Positions 19,781 through 29,611 of a DNA stretch of 64,000 nucleotides are shown here, one piece after another. This stretch comes from Candidatus Methylomirabilota bacterium (GTDB lineage Bacteria > Verrucomicrobiota > Verrucomicrobiia > Limisphaerales > UBA11358). Position 1 is the first letter of the stretch. The number at the start of each line of letters is the position of its first letter. Below the pieces are notes generated by a model that made no database searches, had not been told where the DNA came from, and was given only the letters and a program-made list of their open reading frames with translations. The translations under genes and the position numbers were made by a program. The DNA is taken from assembly GCA_035644195.1 (NCBI GenBank), contig DASQOZ010000030.1, forward strand, positions 3,767 through 67,766, in the 5' to 3' direction.

Positions 19781-21865
19781 TCAGCGCAAAAATTCTTTCA
19801 ATTCGGATTCAACGCTCGTGGGCGGCTGACAGGAATTGCCGCTGCAAATATAAACCGTCGCTTCGGTTTTCGCCGGCAATGTCCGCGCAAATTCTTCCAC
19901 CGCGCCTGAATTTCCTGAAACAATTTTGTTCGGCTGATAAACCGAATGCGCCGCGCGAAGCAATTCTCGAAATTTTTTAGAATCTGAATTTCCGGCAACG
20001 ACCACGCGCTTTGGCTCCTGCAATGAAAAATCCAGCGCGTGCAACATAAACGGCATCGCCTGCGGAAAATGTTCCAGCCGATGCGCGAAGAATTTCAGTG
20101 TTTTCTCGGCAGCTTCGGCAAAACTTTTTCTGCCGGTGATCGCACCCAGTTTCAGCAATGACAAAGTGGCGACGGAATTTCCGCTCGGCTCCGCGCCGTC
20201 GTAATCGTCTTTGACGCGCAGGATCAAATCGTTCGATTCATTCGTGCTTTGCCAGAAGCCGCCTTTCTCCGAATCAAAAAATCTCGCGAGCATCGCATCG
20301 GCCAGTTCAATGGCAAAATCCAAATGTCCCGGCTCAAGCGTTGCTTCATAAAACTCGATGACTCCGGAAAGCAAGAATGCGTAAGCTTCAAGTAATTGCA
20401 CGTTGTCGCGCTCGCCGTCGCGCCAGCGATGAAAGAGCGTTTTTGATTTTTCGTCCCACAATTTCCCCTGGATGAATCGCAAATTTTTCTCCGCCGCCGC
20501 GCGATATTTTTTGTCGTTCAAAATTGCAGAAGCGCGTGTAAATGCGCCGAGCATCAGGCCATTCCACGATGCGAGAATTTTGTCATCCAGATGCGGGCGA
20601 ATGCGTTTTGCGCGCACGCCGAGCATTTTTTGTTTGGCGGATGAGGGCAGAGCGTAATCGTCAGAATTGGACGCGCCCCTCACCCCATCGGATGGGGAGA
20701 GGGTGTCCGAAGGACGGGTGAGGGGATTCACAATGCTCAAAACATTTTGTCCGGCCAATGGCTGCGGATGGCTGTGGTCAACGAAGTTTCCTTCCGCCGT
20801 GATGCCAAAGTGTTTCGCAGCGACGTTGAATTCATCCACGGTCAGCAATTTGGAAAGTTCGTCCTTCGTCCAACAATAAAATTTTCCTTCATGGCCTTCG
20901 CTGTCGGCGTCTTCGGCGGAAAAAAATCCGCCATCGGTATGCGTCATGTCGCGCAAAACGTAGTCGAGAATATCGCGCACAGTATCGGCGTGGTGCGCGT
21001 CGCCGCTGACGAGAAACGCGTCGAGGTAAAGCTGCGCGAGTTGCGCGTTGTCATAGAGCATTTTTTCGAAATGCGGCACGAGCCATCCGGCGTCCACGGA
21101 ATAACGCGCAAATCCGCCGCCGAGTTGATCGTGAATACCGCCGTCGGCCATGCGTTCGCAGGTGTGCAAGACCATTTTTGTCGCTTCGTCGTCCTGAAAT
21201 CGTTTCGCGCAGCGCAGCAGCAGCGATGGCATGGACGGCTGTGGAAATTTCGGCGCGCCGCCAAATCCGCCGTGCTGCGGGTCATACATTTTTTTGAAAA
21301 AATCCGCCGCATTTTTCAAAATGCCCGCGTTCAAAAGAGAATTTGATTCAACGGAATTTGTCATCGCATTTTCGAGTCGCGCATGAATTTCCTTGGCGGA
21401 AGCGGCGATTTCGTCTTTTTGCTCCTGCCAGAGCATTGAGATTTGCTGTAGTAATTGCAAAAAACTTGGACGACCGTAGCGCGCGTCCGGCGGAAAATAG
21501 GTGCCGCCGAAAAACGGTTTCAGATCCGGCGTGAGAAAAACGTTCATCGGCCAGCCGCCGCCGGTCGTGGATTGCACGAACGTCATGTAAATTTTATCAA
21601 CGTCCGGGCGTTCCTCGCGGTCAACCTTGATGCTGACGAAATGTTCGTTCAGAAATTGGCCGACGCGCTCGTCCTCAAAACTTTCGCGTTCCATCACATG
21701 GCACCAATGGCAGGTCGAATAGCCGACGCTCAAAAAAACCGGCTTGTTTTCTGCGCGCGCCTTTTCAAACGCCTCGGCGTTCCATGCGAACCAGTCCACG
21801 GGATTGTGCGCGTGCTGCAAAAGGTAGGGCGATTTTTCGCGCGCGAGGCGGTTTGTAAATTTCAC
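19781..21865 (-). CDS. Thioredoxin-domain protein YyaL/SSP411 family
   Basis: [37 protein letters not shown]. Confidence 0.95.
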   Translation of the reverse strand: MKFTNRLAREKSPYLLQHAHNPVDWFAWNAEAFEKARAENKPVFLSVGYSTCHWCHVMERESFEDERVGQFLNEHFVSIKVDREERPDVDKIYMTFVQSTTGGGWPMNVFLTPDLKPFFGGTYFPPDARYGRPSFLQLLQQISMLWQEQKDEIAASAKEIHARLENAMTNSVESNSLLNAGILKNAADFFKKMYDPQHGGFGGAPKFPQPSMPSLLLRCAKRFQDDEATKMVLHTCERMADGGIHDQLGGGFARYSVDAGWLVPHFEKMLYDNAQLAQLYLDAFLVSGDAHHADTVRDILDYVLRDMTHTDGGFFSAEDADSEGHEGKFYCWTKDELSKLLTVDEFNVAAKHFGITAEGNFVDHSHPQPLAGQNVLSIVNPLTRPSDTLSPSDGVRGASNSDDYALPSSAKQKMLGVRAKRIRPHLDDKILASWNGLMLGAFTRASAILNDKKYRAAAEKNLRFIQGKLWDEKSKTLFHRWRDGERDNVQLLEAYAFLLSGVIEFYEATLEPGHLDFAIELADAMLARFFDSEKGGFWQSTNESNDLILRVKDDYDGAEPSGNSVATLSLLKLGAITGRKSFAEAAEKTLKFFAHRLEHFPQAMPFMLHALDFSLQEPKRVVVAGNSDSKKFRELLRAAHSVYQPNKIVSGNSGAVEEFARTLPAKTEATVYICSGNSCQPPTSVESELKEFLR
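20676..20725. repeat. CCCCTCACCC...GGAGAGGG palindromic element inside the yyaL-like CDS
   Basis: Encodes [17 protein letters not shown]; intergenic relatives at 28165-28280, 29520-29562 and 37573-37671. Confidence 0.75.
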
Positions 21866-21942
21866 CCCGCAAAGATACGCGCAAACATTGCGGGCGCAAA
21901 GGAAACGCTGACTTTTGCGACGGCGCGCGATAAACTGCCGCG

Positions 21943-22674
21943 ATGTCGAAAAAATCGTGGCAACCCGAACTGGTGCTCCTCTTTTGCGGAACGCAATTCA
22001 TTTGCTTCAGCCTGGGAATTCTGGTCGCCAATCTGCTGCACAAATTCAGCGTCAACGGTTTCAAACACGAGGAAGATTTTGGAAATGTTTTGCTGGCGAC
22101 TTTGAGCTTTCAAGGCGCGACGTGGGTTTTGATCCCGATTTTTCTTCGGCTGCATCAAATGCGCTGGCGCGACGCCTTTGGCCTGCAAAATGGAAATTTG
22201 TTTCGAGCGCTCGGCTGGGCGATTGCGACGCTCGCTGTCGTTTTGCCGGTCGCGTTGCTGCTCCAAAATTTGTCGGCAACGACGCTGGAAAAAATCGGAT
22301 GGCCGCCCGCACCGCAAGCTGCGGTGAAATTGCTCGCGGACGCCCCGCTGTGGCCGACGGGAATTTATCTCGGATTTTTCGCCATTGTGCTTGCGCCGGT
22401 CGCCGAGGAATTTATTTTTCGCGGCGTGCTTTTTCCGTTCGTCAAACAACTGGGCTTTCCGAAAACCGCGTGGATTGGCGTCAGTTTGTTGTTTGCGCTG
22501 GTCCACGGTGCGGCGGCGATTTTCGTTCCGCTCTTTGTGCTCGCCCTCGCGTTGACGTGGCTTTATGAAAAGACGGACAATCTGCTCGCGCCCATCGTTG
22601 TGCACAGCTTGTTCAACGCCGCAAATCTGATTCTGTTTTATTTTGCGCAAAATTTTTCAGTGCCGTCAAAATGA
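21943..22674 (+). CDS. CPBP/CAAX intramembrane metalloprotease
   Basis: EEFIFRG, FALVH, HSLFN. Confidence 0.92.
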   Translation: MSKKSWQPELVLLFCGTQFICFSLGILVANLLHKFSVNGFKHEEDFGNVLLATLSFQGATWVLIPIFLRLHQMRWRDAFGLQNGNLFRALGWAIATLAVVLPVALLLQNLSATTLEKIGWPPAPQAAVKLLADAPLWPTGIYLGFFAIVLAPVAEEFIFRGVLFPFVKQLGFPKTAWIGVSLLFALVHGAAAIFVPLFVLALALTWLYEKTDNLLAPIVVHSLFNAANLILFYFAQNFSVPSK

Positions 22675-23603
22675 ACGAATTCGAACTCATCGCAAAACTG
22701 GCCAAATCGTTGCCGACAAATCAAAACGTTCTCGTCGGCGCGGGCGACGATTGCGCTGTTTTGGATTTGGGCGTGGCGGACAAATTGATTTTGTTCAAGA
22801 CGGACGCCATCGTCGAAGGCGTTCATTTCACGAAAGAAATCCCGCCGGAAAAAATCGGGCGCAAGGCGCTCGCGCGCTGTTTGAGCGACATCGCGGCGAT
22901 GGCCGGAACGCCGAATGCCGCGCTCGTCACCATCGGCTTGCCGAAAAGTTTTGACGCGGATTTCATCGGCAAAATTTATGACGGCATGGGCGCTGTCGCG
23001 AAAAATTTTGGCGTCGCCATCGTCGGCGGCGAGACGACGACAAATCCAGAACGCATTTTCATTTCCATCGCGCTGCTCGGAACCGTCGCACGCGGAAAAC
23101 AGATTTTGCGTTCCGGCGCGAAAATTGGCGACGCAATTTTTGTGACGGGCGAACTCGGCGGTTCGCTTGCGGAAAAGCATTTGGATTTCGAGCCGCGACT
23201 GGCCGAGGCGTGCTGGCTTGCGGAACATTTTTCCATCCACGCGATGATTGATTTGAGCGACGGGCTGGCCGGCGATTTGCGCCACATTTTGAATGCCAGC
23301 GCCGTCGGCGCGGAGCTTTTGAAATCGGCGATCCCCATTTCGCGGGAGGCAAAACTGGACGCAAAAAAAAGTTCTTCGGCAAAACCGGCGGTGGTCGCTG
23401 CGCTGACCGACGGCGAAGATTTTGAATTGCTGTTCACGGTTGCGGGCAAAGACGCGGTGAAATTGCTTGATGCATGGAAAAAGAAATTTCCAAAACTGAA
23501 ATTGAGCTGCATCGGGAAAATTGTCGCCGATGAAGGCATTTTGATCCGCGACAAAACCGGCTCGCACAAATTTAACGCCAATGGCTACGTTCATTTCGCA
23601 TAG
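22671..23603 (+). CDS. thiL: Thiamine-monophosphate kinase
   Basis: MNEFELI, GDDCA, SDIAAM, DLSDGL, GEDFELL. Confidence 0.95.
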   Translation: MNEFELIAKLAKSLPTNQNVLVGAGDDCAVLDLGVADKLILFKTDAIVEGVHFTKEIPPEKIGRKALARCLSDIAAMAGTPNAALVTIGLPKSFDADFIGKIYDGMGAVAKNFGVAIVGGETTTNPERIFISIALLGTVARGKQILRSGAKIGDAIFVTGELGGSLAEKHLDFEPRLAEACWLAEHFSIHAMIDLSDGLAGDLRHILNASAVGAELLKSAIPISREAKLDAKKSSSAKPAVVAALTDGEDFELLFTVAGKDAVKLLDAWKKKFPKLKLSCIGKIVADEGILIRDKTGSHKFNANGYVHFA

Positions 23604-24021
23604 TCCGGCAGAAACAGAATCGCTCGGCGCGCAATTTGGCCGCACCGCGCAAAGCGGGCTGGTCATCGCGCTTTCGGGCGAACTCGGCGCGGGCAAGACG
23701 CAATTTGTCAAAGGCCTGGCGCGCGGCCTCGGGATTTCCGTGCGCGTGCATTCGCCGACGTTCACGCTCATCAACGAATACGGCGGCGGACGGTTGAAAT
23801 TGTTTCATCTGGATTTGTATCGGCTCGAAACGCCTGCACAGATTTTATCGGCGGGCGTCGGGGAATTTTTGCAGCCGGACGGCGTGAGCGTGATTGAATG
23901 GGCGGAAAGGCTGAAGCCAGAAGCCGGAAGCCAGAAATCGGAAGGAAAATGGATTATGATAAAAATAGAAATCGCGAGCGAAGCGGAACGGAAAATTATT
24001 TATGACGATTCTGGCGCTTGA
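23581..24021 (+). CDS. tsaE: t6A biosynthesis ATPase TsaE
   Basis: GELGAGKT, SPTFTL, HLDLYRL, IEWAE. Confidence 0.95.
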   Translation: MATFISHSPAETESLGAQFGRTAQSGLVIALSGELGAGKTQFVKGLARGLGISVRVHSPTFTLINEYGGGRLKLFHLDLYRLETPAQILSAGVGEFLQPDGVSVIEWAERLKPEAGSQKSEGKWIMIKIEIASEAERKIIYDDSGA

Positions 24022-24676
24022 ATTTTCGTCGGGGCAACGCAGCGTGGCCGTCGCGAACGGGAATTCCGTTTTAAGCGAAGCCGTTGAAACCGGCGGGCGC
24101 AACACCGCCGCGTTCGGCATGATTGAGCGCGTTCTGGCAGAGGCGAAAATCGAGCGCGAGCAAATTGATGCGATTGCCGTCGGACTTGGTCCCGGCTCTT
24201 ACACTGGAATCCGTTCGGCGATTGCCATCGCGCAAGGGTGGCAATTGGCGCGCAAAATAAAACTGCTTGGCGTCAGCAGCGCGGAGGCAATTGCGGCGCA
24301 GGCGCAGTCAGAAAAAATCTTTGGCGATGTGAACGTGGTGGTTGACGCCCAGCGCGGCGAAATTTATCTGGCGCGATATGAAATTTCGGAAGAGGCGGTG
24401 AAGGAAATCGGGCCGTTGCGGATTGCCAATCCTTTGGACTGCGGCGACATGTCGCCGCTTTCAAAGCGCGGACATGTCCGCGCACTCCAAAACATTTTTA
24501 TCGGGCCGGAGGCGACCAAATGGTTTCCGGCTGGGAAAGTTATTTTTCCGCGCGCTGCGGCCGTGGCGCGACTGGCGGCTGGACGAAGCGATTTTATCTC
24601 CAGCGAAAAACTGGAGCCGATTTATTTGAGGGAAACGAGCTTTGTGAAGGCGGTGAGGCCGAAAACGGCAATTTGA
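24002..24676 (+). CDS. tsaB: t6A biosynthesis protein TsaB
   Basis: GPGSYTGIR, DAQRGEIY, LEPIYLR. Confidence 0.95.
   Translation: MTILALEFSSGQRSVAVANGNSVLSEAVETGGRNTAAFGMIERVLAEAKIEREQIDAIAVGLGPGSYTGIRSAIAIAQGWQLARKIKLLGVSSAEAIAAQAQSEKIFGDVNVVVDAQRGEIYLARYEISEEAVKEIGPLRIANPLDCGDMSPLSKRGHVRALQNIFIGPEATKWFPAGKVIFPRAAAVARLAAGRSDFISSEKLEPIYLRETSFVKAVRPKTAI
24433..24491. repeat. TTTGGA(C/G)TGCG...TCCAAA multi-hairpin element, in frame in tsaB
   Basis: Two hairpins; copies at 25482-25567 and 29027-29086. Confidence 0.85.
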
Positions 24677-24724
24677 AGCGACTGCCAAATTTCAGGACAC
24701 ATTGGTTGCTGACGAGCAGTTTAG

Positions 24725-24768
24725 AAATGGTGGCCGTGCGCAAGCACCGGCTCGCAGGGACGCTCGCC
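24725..24768. repeat. Left copy of a 44-bp inverted repeat flanking the minor-pilin cassette
   Basis: 43 of 44 nt identical to the reverse complement of 27932-27975. Confidence 0.85.
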
Positions 24769-24890
24769 CCGCCATTTCTCATTCAAGCCGCCCAAGCCAC
24801 CCGTTCAATGTTCCAACTTGCAAGACTGGCATGGTGTGTGCTAGAATCTTCCAAGTGGGTCAAAGAATCATTCGGAATTTTAATTAACTT

Positions 24891-25466
24891 ATGCGGACGT
24901 TTTGCAACCAGTCCACGGCGCGCTCTCGACGCGACGCGAAAGCTGGATTTACGCTGGTTGAAGTGATGATCGCCGCTTTGATTGGCGTGGTCATTTTTAC
25001 GGGCCTTTTTGGCGGCCTTTCCCTGGGATTTTATTTCGTCAAGCAACAGCGGGACGATTTGCGCGCCACCGAAATCATGGAGCAACAAATCGAAGGCATC
25101 CGCCTCTGTGCATGGGGCGGCGGTTCGGGCACTAATATCATCGCAAGCCAGTTGTTCAACAGCAGCATCGTTCCCACAAGTTTTACAGCTTACGAAGTAA
25201 GCGGGAGCGGTTACAATTCCAACACCGTTTATACCGGCACCATCACGATAAAGACGAATGGGGTCGGCACGAACGCGCTGGCGATATACAATTCAAGCGG
25301 CACGAATTTTACGGCTGCCACACCGCCATACATCAGCCAGCTTGCGCTTGTCACCGTTACGGTGAGTTGGAATGATTATCATAACAAGAACACCAACACT
25401 TACACGCGCTCGATGTCCACGCTCGTCGCGCAGAACGGCATGCAAACTTACATTTACAGCCATTGA
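24891..25466 (+). CDS. Type IV prepilin-like protein (PilV-like)
   Basis: G/FTLVEVMIA cleavage-methylation motif; LVTVTVSW. Confidence 0.85.
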   Translation: MRTFCNQSTARSRRDAKAGFTLVEVMIAALIGVVIFTGLFGGLSLGFYFVKQQRDDLRATEIMEQQIEGIRLCAWGGGSGTNIIASQLFNSSIVPTSFTAYEVSGSGYNSNTVYTGTITIKTNGVGTNALAIYNSSGTNFTAATPPYISQLALVTVTVSWNDYHNKNTNTYTRSMSTLVAQNGMQTYIYSH

Positions 25467-26116
25467 AATTTATGAGACTGATTTGGAGTGCGCGGATATG
25501 TCCGCGCTTTAGAACGCCGCGACATGTCGCGGCGAGGCAAAGCGGTGTCATGTCACCGCAGTCCAAATCGCGCGGCATGACGCTGGTTGAGGTCATGGTG
25601 GCGATGGCGGCAGGCATCCTGATTTTGGCCTCGTTTCTGGCCATCACCGTGAATGTTGCAAAAAGTTTCAAGGCAGTGACGAATTATCGCTACATCAGCA
25701 AGATGGACCGCTACACGCTGGACATAATGGGACGTGACATTCGCATGGCCACGCATGTGACATCTTCTCTTTCCCTGACCAATAGGGTGGACATGACAAA
25801 TTCTTTTGGCGACAGCTATTTTTACCTCTGGGACGGTAGCAACAACATGACCCGCAGCTACACTTATTCCACCAACACTTCAGTCGCTGGAACGCTTGCT
25901 GGAACGACGACGACGACGACTCTGCTGACCAATTGCAATTCATTTTCGCTTTCCTTCCTTGCGCGCGATCTGAACAACAACCTGGCATTTACGAACGCTG
26001 TTTCTGCTTCAAACGTCAAACTGATCCAAGTCTCGTGGAGTTGCGCGCGATCCATCTGGGGCGGCAGCACAAACAGCGAAGGCGAGCGCACGGCGCAATT
26101 CACGCTGCGCAACTGA
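25463..26116 (+). CDS. Type IV prepilin-like protein (PilW-like), leader lengthened by a palindromic element
   Basis: G/MTLVEVMVA, RDIRMA, terminal LRN; start at 25463 or 25472. Confidence 0.85.
   Translation: MKFMRLIWSARICPRFRTPRHVAARQSGVMSPQSKSRGMTLVEVMVAMAAGILILASFLAITVNVAKSFKAVTNYRYISKMDRYTLDIMGRDIRMATHVTSSLSLTNRVDMTNSFGDSYFYLWDGSNNMTRSYTYSTNTSVAGTLAGTTTTTTLLTNCNSFSLSFLARDLNNNLAFTNAVSASNVKLIQVSWSCARSIWGGSTNSEGERTAQFTLRN
25482..25567. repeat. Three-hairpin TTTGGAGTGCG...GTCCAAA element in the prepilin leader
   Basis: Same family as the tsaB insert. Confidence 0.85.
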
Positions 26117-26123
26117 TTGAAAT

Positions 26124-26244
26124 GAGACATCGGCAAAACCCGTTTTTATTTGTGGCGGCGGTCTGTGACCGCCGTGGTTTTGCTGAAATTTCAGTATCCG
26201 TCGGCGCTCGCAGAGCGCCGCTGCAGTTGTTTTGCAGAGGTTTC
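26124..26244. mobile_element. MITE-like element with REP doublet, between pilW-like and pilX-like genes
   Basis: GAGACATCGGCAAAA...TTTTGCAGAGGTTTC ends; internal GGCGGTCTGTGACCGCC; related to 5553-5669. Confidence 0.65.
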
Positions 26245-26249
26245 AAAAT

Positions 26250-27884
26250 ATGAAAATTCAGATTGAATCATTCAAAAAAGACCACGCCAGCGCGTTGCTG
26301 TCCATGGCCATCATCGCCCTCGTTGTCCTCTCCTCTCTCGCGGGCTATTTGTATCTTGTCAGCAACGAAAACGTCATGGTCAACCGCTCTGACACATGGA
26401 ACAAATCCTTTCAGATGGCCGAAGCCGGCGTCGAGGAAGCCATGTCCATGATCAATGCCAGCAATAGTATCTTTGGCGCCATTCCCAAATGGACAAATGC
26501 GGTGTCAGGCGGATGGGCGATTACCACCAACTCAACCAGCTTGACGTGGAAGTTCGACGACCAAACGCAGACATGGAAGGGAATCGGCACGAACAAAGTA
26601 GCCACGAATGCGGTGATGTATCAATTGACGCGATACCTGGATACGACCGGGAATAATTATTATACCGTTTATGTCTACAATTTGCTCAACCAAACGAACA
26701 CCGGCCCGCAAATTTTGTCCATTGGCTCTTCCGTGTCCTACAATCCCGCCGCGAAAACAAATATCACGGCTTCCCGCAAAATTTATATGCAGACCACGCT
26801 TAATTCTTTGAATGGAAATCTTTCTGCCCGAACGACCATAGTTTTGAATGGCAACAATATCACCGCTGACAGCTTCGATTCGGCTGATTCAAATCACAGC
26901 ACTTGGCAATCTGTTTGGCAATATGGCGGCACCAACTACGGCTTTTATCCAACCAATCCCAGTGCTAAAACCTATGTAACCGCTCCAGACTATTCGACTG
27001 AAAATTATTTTCGAAAAGACAACGCGTATATATGTTCCGACGGCACCATTTCCGCTGGTAATGCTAATATCTGCGGTTATGTGGATACTGGGCCGGGTCA
27101 GGCACAACCCAACCTAGGTCCGCAAGGTGTTGCCGGTGGCAATAATGATTGGATAGGCAATCCAGTTACGCAAACATGCGACCCTGCTAGCCCCTATAAT
27201 CATGGTATTCAACAAAATCCACTCCATTGGCTAAGCGATATGAATTTTGCTTTTATCGACGTGTCATTGCCGCAAACGAATAGCTCTACCGGCGTATGGA
27301 TAGATGTTCCCAAAAAAACAGGAGCCAATGCTTGGACTTATACAAATTATGCTGGTGGAACTGTTACTTATAATTATTGGATAACCAACGGCGCATGGGG
27401 CGGTAAAACTAATTATCAATTAACCACTAAATTGACTACTGATATTCTGGTAAGAGGGACCAATCTCATTCTTTATCTTGCCGCTACACCGGACTCATTG
27501 GATTTCCACGGCTCCAGCACCACAATATTCATTGACACGAATTCGGATGTGACCATTTACACCGCTGGCAATATGAATATGTCGGGAAATAATAACGGCA
27601 TTAATAACATAACGAAATATGCGAGGTCACTTCGCATTTATGGCCTTCCTTCTTGCACTGCAATTACAATGGGAGGGCAGTCGACTACTACTGCTTATAT
27701 CTATGCGCCGGAAGCGACATTGGACTTCCACGGCGCGGGCGGCAGTTATTATGGTGCGGTCGGGGCATTCTATTGCAATATAGTCACAATGACTGGCAAT
27801 TATAATTTTCATTACGACGAAGCGCTTAATCTTATCAACCCTCCCACAGGTTATCTTCCCAAAACATGGCAGGAAGTTCAGTAG
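26250..27884 (+). CDS. PilX-like pilus assembly protein with large variable C-terminal domain
   Basis: A/SALL N-terminal TM, AEAGVEEA, C-terminal IYAP...FHYDEAL...WQE. Confidence 0.8.
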   Translation: MKIQIESFKKDHASALLSMAIIALVVLSSLAGYLYLVSNENVMVNRSDTWNKSFQMAEAGVEEAMSMINASNSIFGAIPKWTNAVSGGWAITTNSTSLTWKFDDQTQTWKGIGTNKVATNAVMYQLTRYLDTTGNNYYTVYVYNLLNQTNTGPQILSIGSSVSYNPAAKTNITASRKIYMQTTLNSLNGNLSARTTIVLNGNNITADSFDSADSNHSTWQSVWQYGGTNYGFYPTNPSAKTYVTAPDYSTENYFRKDNAYICSDGTISAGNANICGYVDTGPGQAQPNLGPQGVAGGNNDWIGNPVTQTCDPASPYNHGIQQNPLHWLSDMNFAFIDVSLPQTNSSTGVWIDVPKKTGANAWTYTNYAGGTVTYNYWITNGAWGGKTNYQLTTKLTTDILVRGTNLILYLAATPDSLDFHGSSTTIFIDTNSDVTIYTAGNMNMSGNNNGINNITKYARSLRIYGLPSCTAITMGGQSTTTAYIYAPEATLDFHGAGGSYYGAVGAFYCNIVTMTGNYNFHYDEALNLINPPTGYLPKTWQEVQ

Positions 27885-27920
27885 CCGCGTCTGAATTTTG
27901 GGAGCGGGTCGGTTTGAACA

Positions 27921-28280
27921 ATGGCTGGTGCGGCGAGCGTCCCCGCGAGCCGGTGCTTGCGCACGGCCACCATTTTCCGGCTTGCAAGGACTCTCGCTTC
28001 ACCAATTAACTTACTCACAATTTTTTGGGAGGGACGGCGTGTCGCCGTCCCTGAAAAAATTGTAGGAGACGACGTAAGGAGTCTGATTTCAAATTCAGAA
28101 TTCGGAGTTAAAACAATGAGTCTTGTTACCTCGACTCCTGCAATTGAAACTATGCAAAGGATTTCTCCCTCTCCTCGCTAAACGAGGAGAGGGCCGGGGT
28201 GAGGAGCTTTGATTTATTGTTACAATTTTATTACAAACCCCTCACCCTGACCCTCTCCCCCGCTTGGACGGGGAGAGGGA
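27921..28280. repeat. Stack of four different palindromic repeat families
   Basis: 27927-28004 doublet; 28027-28051 hairpin; 28061-28142 GTAG-type doublet; 28165-28280 CCCTCTCC doublet. Confidence 0.8.
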
Positions 28281-28330
28281 ATTATTCAAATTCATTTGAG
28301 CCTCGTCGCTTCCGCTCCTACACTACGCGC

Positions 28331-29440
28331 GTGAAAGCCGCCATCCTCCACGGCAAACTCAATATCCGAATCGAAGACATCGCGCCGCCGCCGCTCAAGC
28401 CGGGCGAAGTCCGCATCCGCATCGAAGCCGCGCTCACCTGCGGCACAGACTTGAAAGTTTTCAAACGCGGCTATCACGCCAAAATGATCGTCCCGCCCGC
28501 CGTCTTCGGCCATGAACTGGCCGGAACGATTTCGGAAATCAGAAGCCAGAAGCCAGAAGTCAGAAGTCAGAATTGGGAAAACGGCGAGCGCGTGGTCGTG
28601 GCCAATTCCGCGCCGTGCGGCGATTGTTTCTTCTGCAAAAACAACCGGGAAAATCTTTGCGACGACCTGCAATTTCTCAACGGCGCGTATGCGGAAGAAA
28701 TTGTCGTCCCCGCGCGCTTTGTCCAAAAAAATCTTTTGCGCCTGAAACCGGAAACGCCTTTTCGCGACGCGGCCTTGACCGAGCCGCTCGCCTGTGTCGT
28801 CCAAGGTGTCGAGGACTCGAAGTTGCGCGCGGGACAAAACGTTTTGATTCTCGGCGCGGGACCGATCGGCCTGATGTTCGTCGCGCTGGCGAAAAATCTT
28901 GGTTGTCACGTCGCCGTTGCCGGTCGCGGCGAAAAGCGATTGCAAATGGCGCAACGATTGGGCGCAATAGAAATCATTAACGTTGGCGATGGAGAAAATC
29001 TTGTCGAAAAAATTCGCACGGCAGTTTTTGGAGTGCGCGGACACGTCCGCGCTTTGAAAAGCGGCGATATGTCGCCGCAGTCCAAATCCGCGCTCGGTTT
29101 TGACGTAGTGATTGAAGCGGTCGGCAAGCCGGAAGCATGGGAAGCTGCCGTGCAATTGGTCCGCAAAGGCGGCACGGTGAATTTTTTTGGCGGCTGTCCT
29201 TCGGGCGCGAGCGTCTCGCTGGACACGCAATTGATCCATTATTCCAATCTCACGCTGCTGGCGAGTTTTCATCACACGCCGCGCGCGATCCGTCGGGCGT
29301 TGGAATTCATCGAGGCGGGCGTGGTTCGCGCCGCAGATTTTGTGGACGGCGAATGTCCGCTGACGCGGCTGCCGGAATTGTTCAAGTCAATGGCCGAGGG
29401 AAATCGCGCAATTAAAACGCTGATCAAAGTCCACGAATAA
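28331..29440 (+). CDS. Zinc-binding (MDR) alcohol/sugar dehydrogenase
   Basis: CGTD, GHE, CGDCFFC..C, GAGPIG; GTG start at 28331. Confidence 0.93.
   Translation: MKAAILHGKLNIRIEDIAPPPLKPGEVRIRIEAALTCGTDLKVFKRGYHAKMIVPPAVFGHELAGTISEIRSQKPEVRSQNWENGERVVVANSAPCGDCFFCKNNRENLCDDLQFLNGAYAEEIVVPARFVQKNLLRLKPETPFRDAALTEPLACVVQGVEDSKLRAGQNVLILGAGPIGLMFVALAKNLGCHVAVAGRGEKRLQMAQRLGAIEIINVGDGENLVEKIRTAVFGVRGHVRALKSGDMSPQSKSALGFDVVIEAVGKPEAWEAAVQLVRKGGTVNFFGGCPSGASVSLDTQLIHYSNLTLLASFHHTPRAIRRALEFIEAGVVRAADFVDGECPLTRLPELFKSMAEGNRAIKTLIKVHE
29027..29086. repeat. 60-bp palindromic element in frame in the dehydrogenase
   Basis: Encodes FGVRGHVRALKSGDMSPQSK; same family as the tsaB insert. Confidence 0.85.
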
Positions 29441-29445
29441 TTCTG

Positions 29446-29609
29446 ATTAACCACCAAGGCACAAAGGCACCAGGAAATTTTCCAAAATTACATCTCTGAA
29501 TTTTTAGAAATCAGCGCCACCTCACCCCGACCCTCTCCCCCACTTTGTGGCGGAGAGGGAGAAGCAAATTAAGTAAAAACCCTTTTCCCTTTGTGTCTTG
29601 GTGGTTAAT
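29446..29609. repeat. Nested repeats: AACCACCAAG arms enclosing a CCTCACCC/GGAGAGGG element
   Basis: ATTAACCACCAAG...CTTGGTGGTTAAT with internal element at 29520-29562. Confidence 0.75.
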
Positions 29610-29611
29610 TT

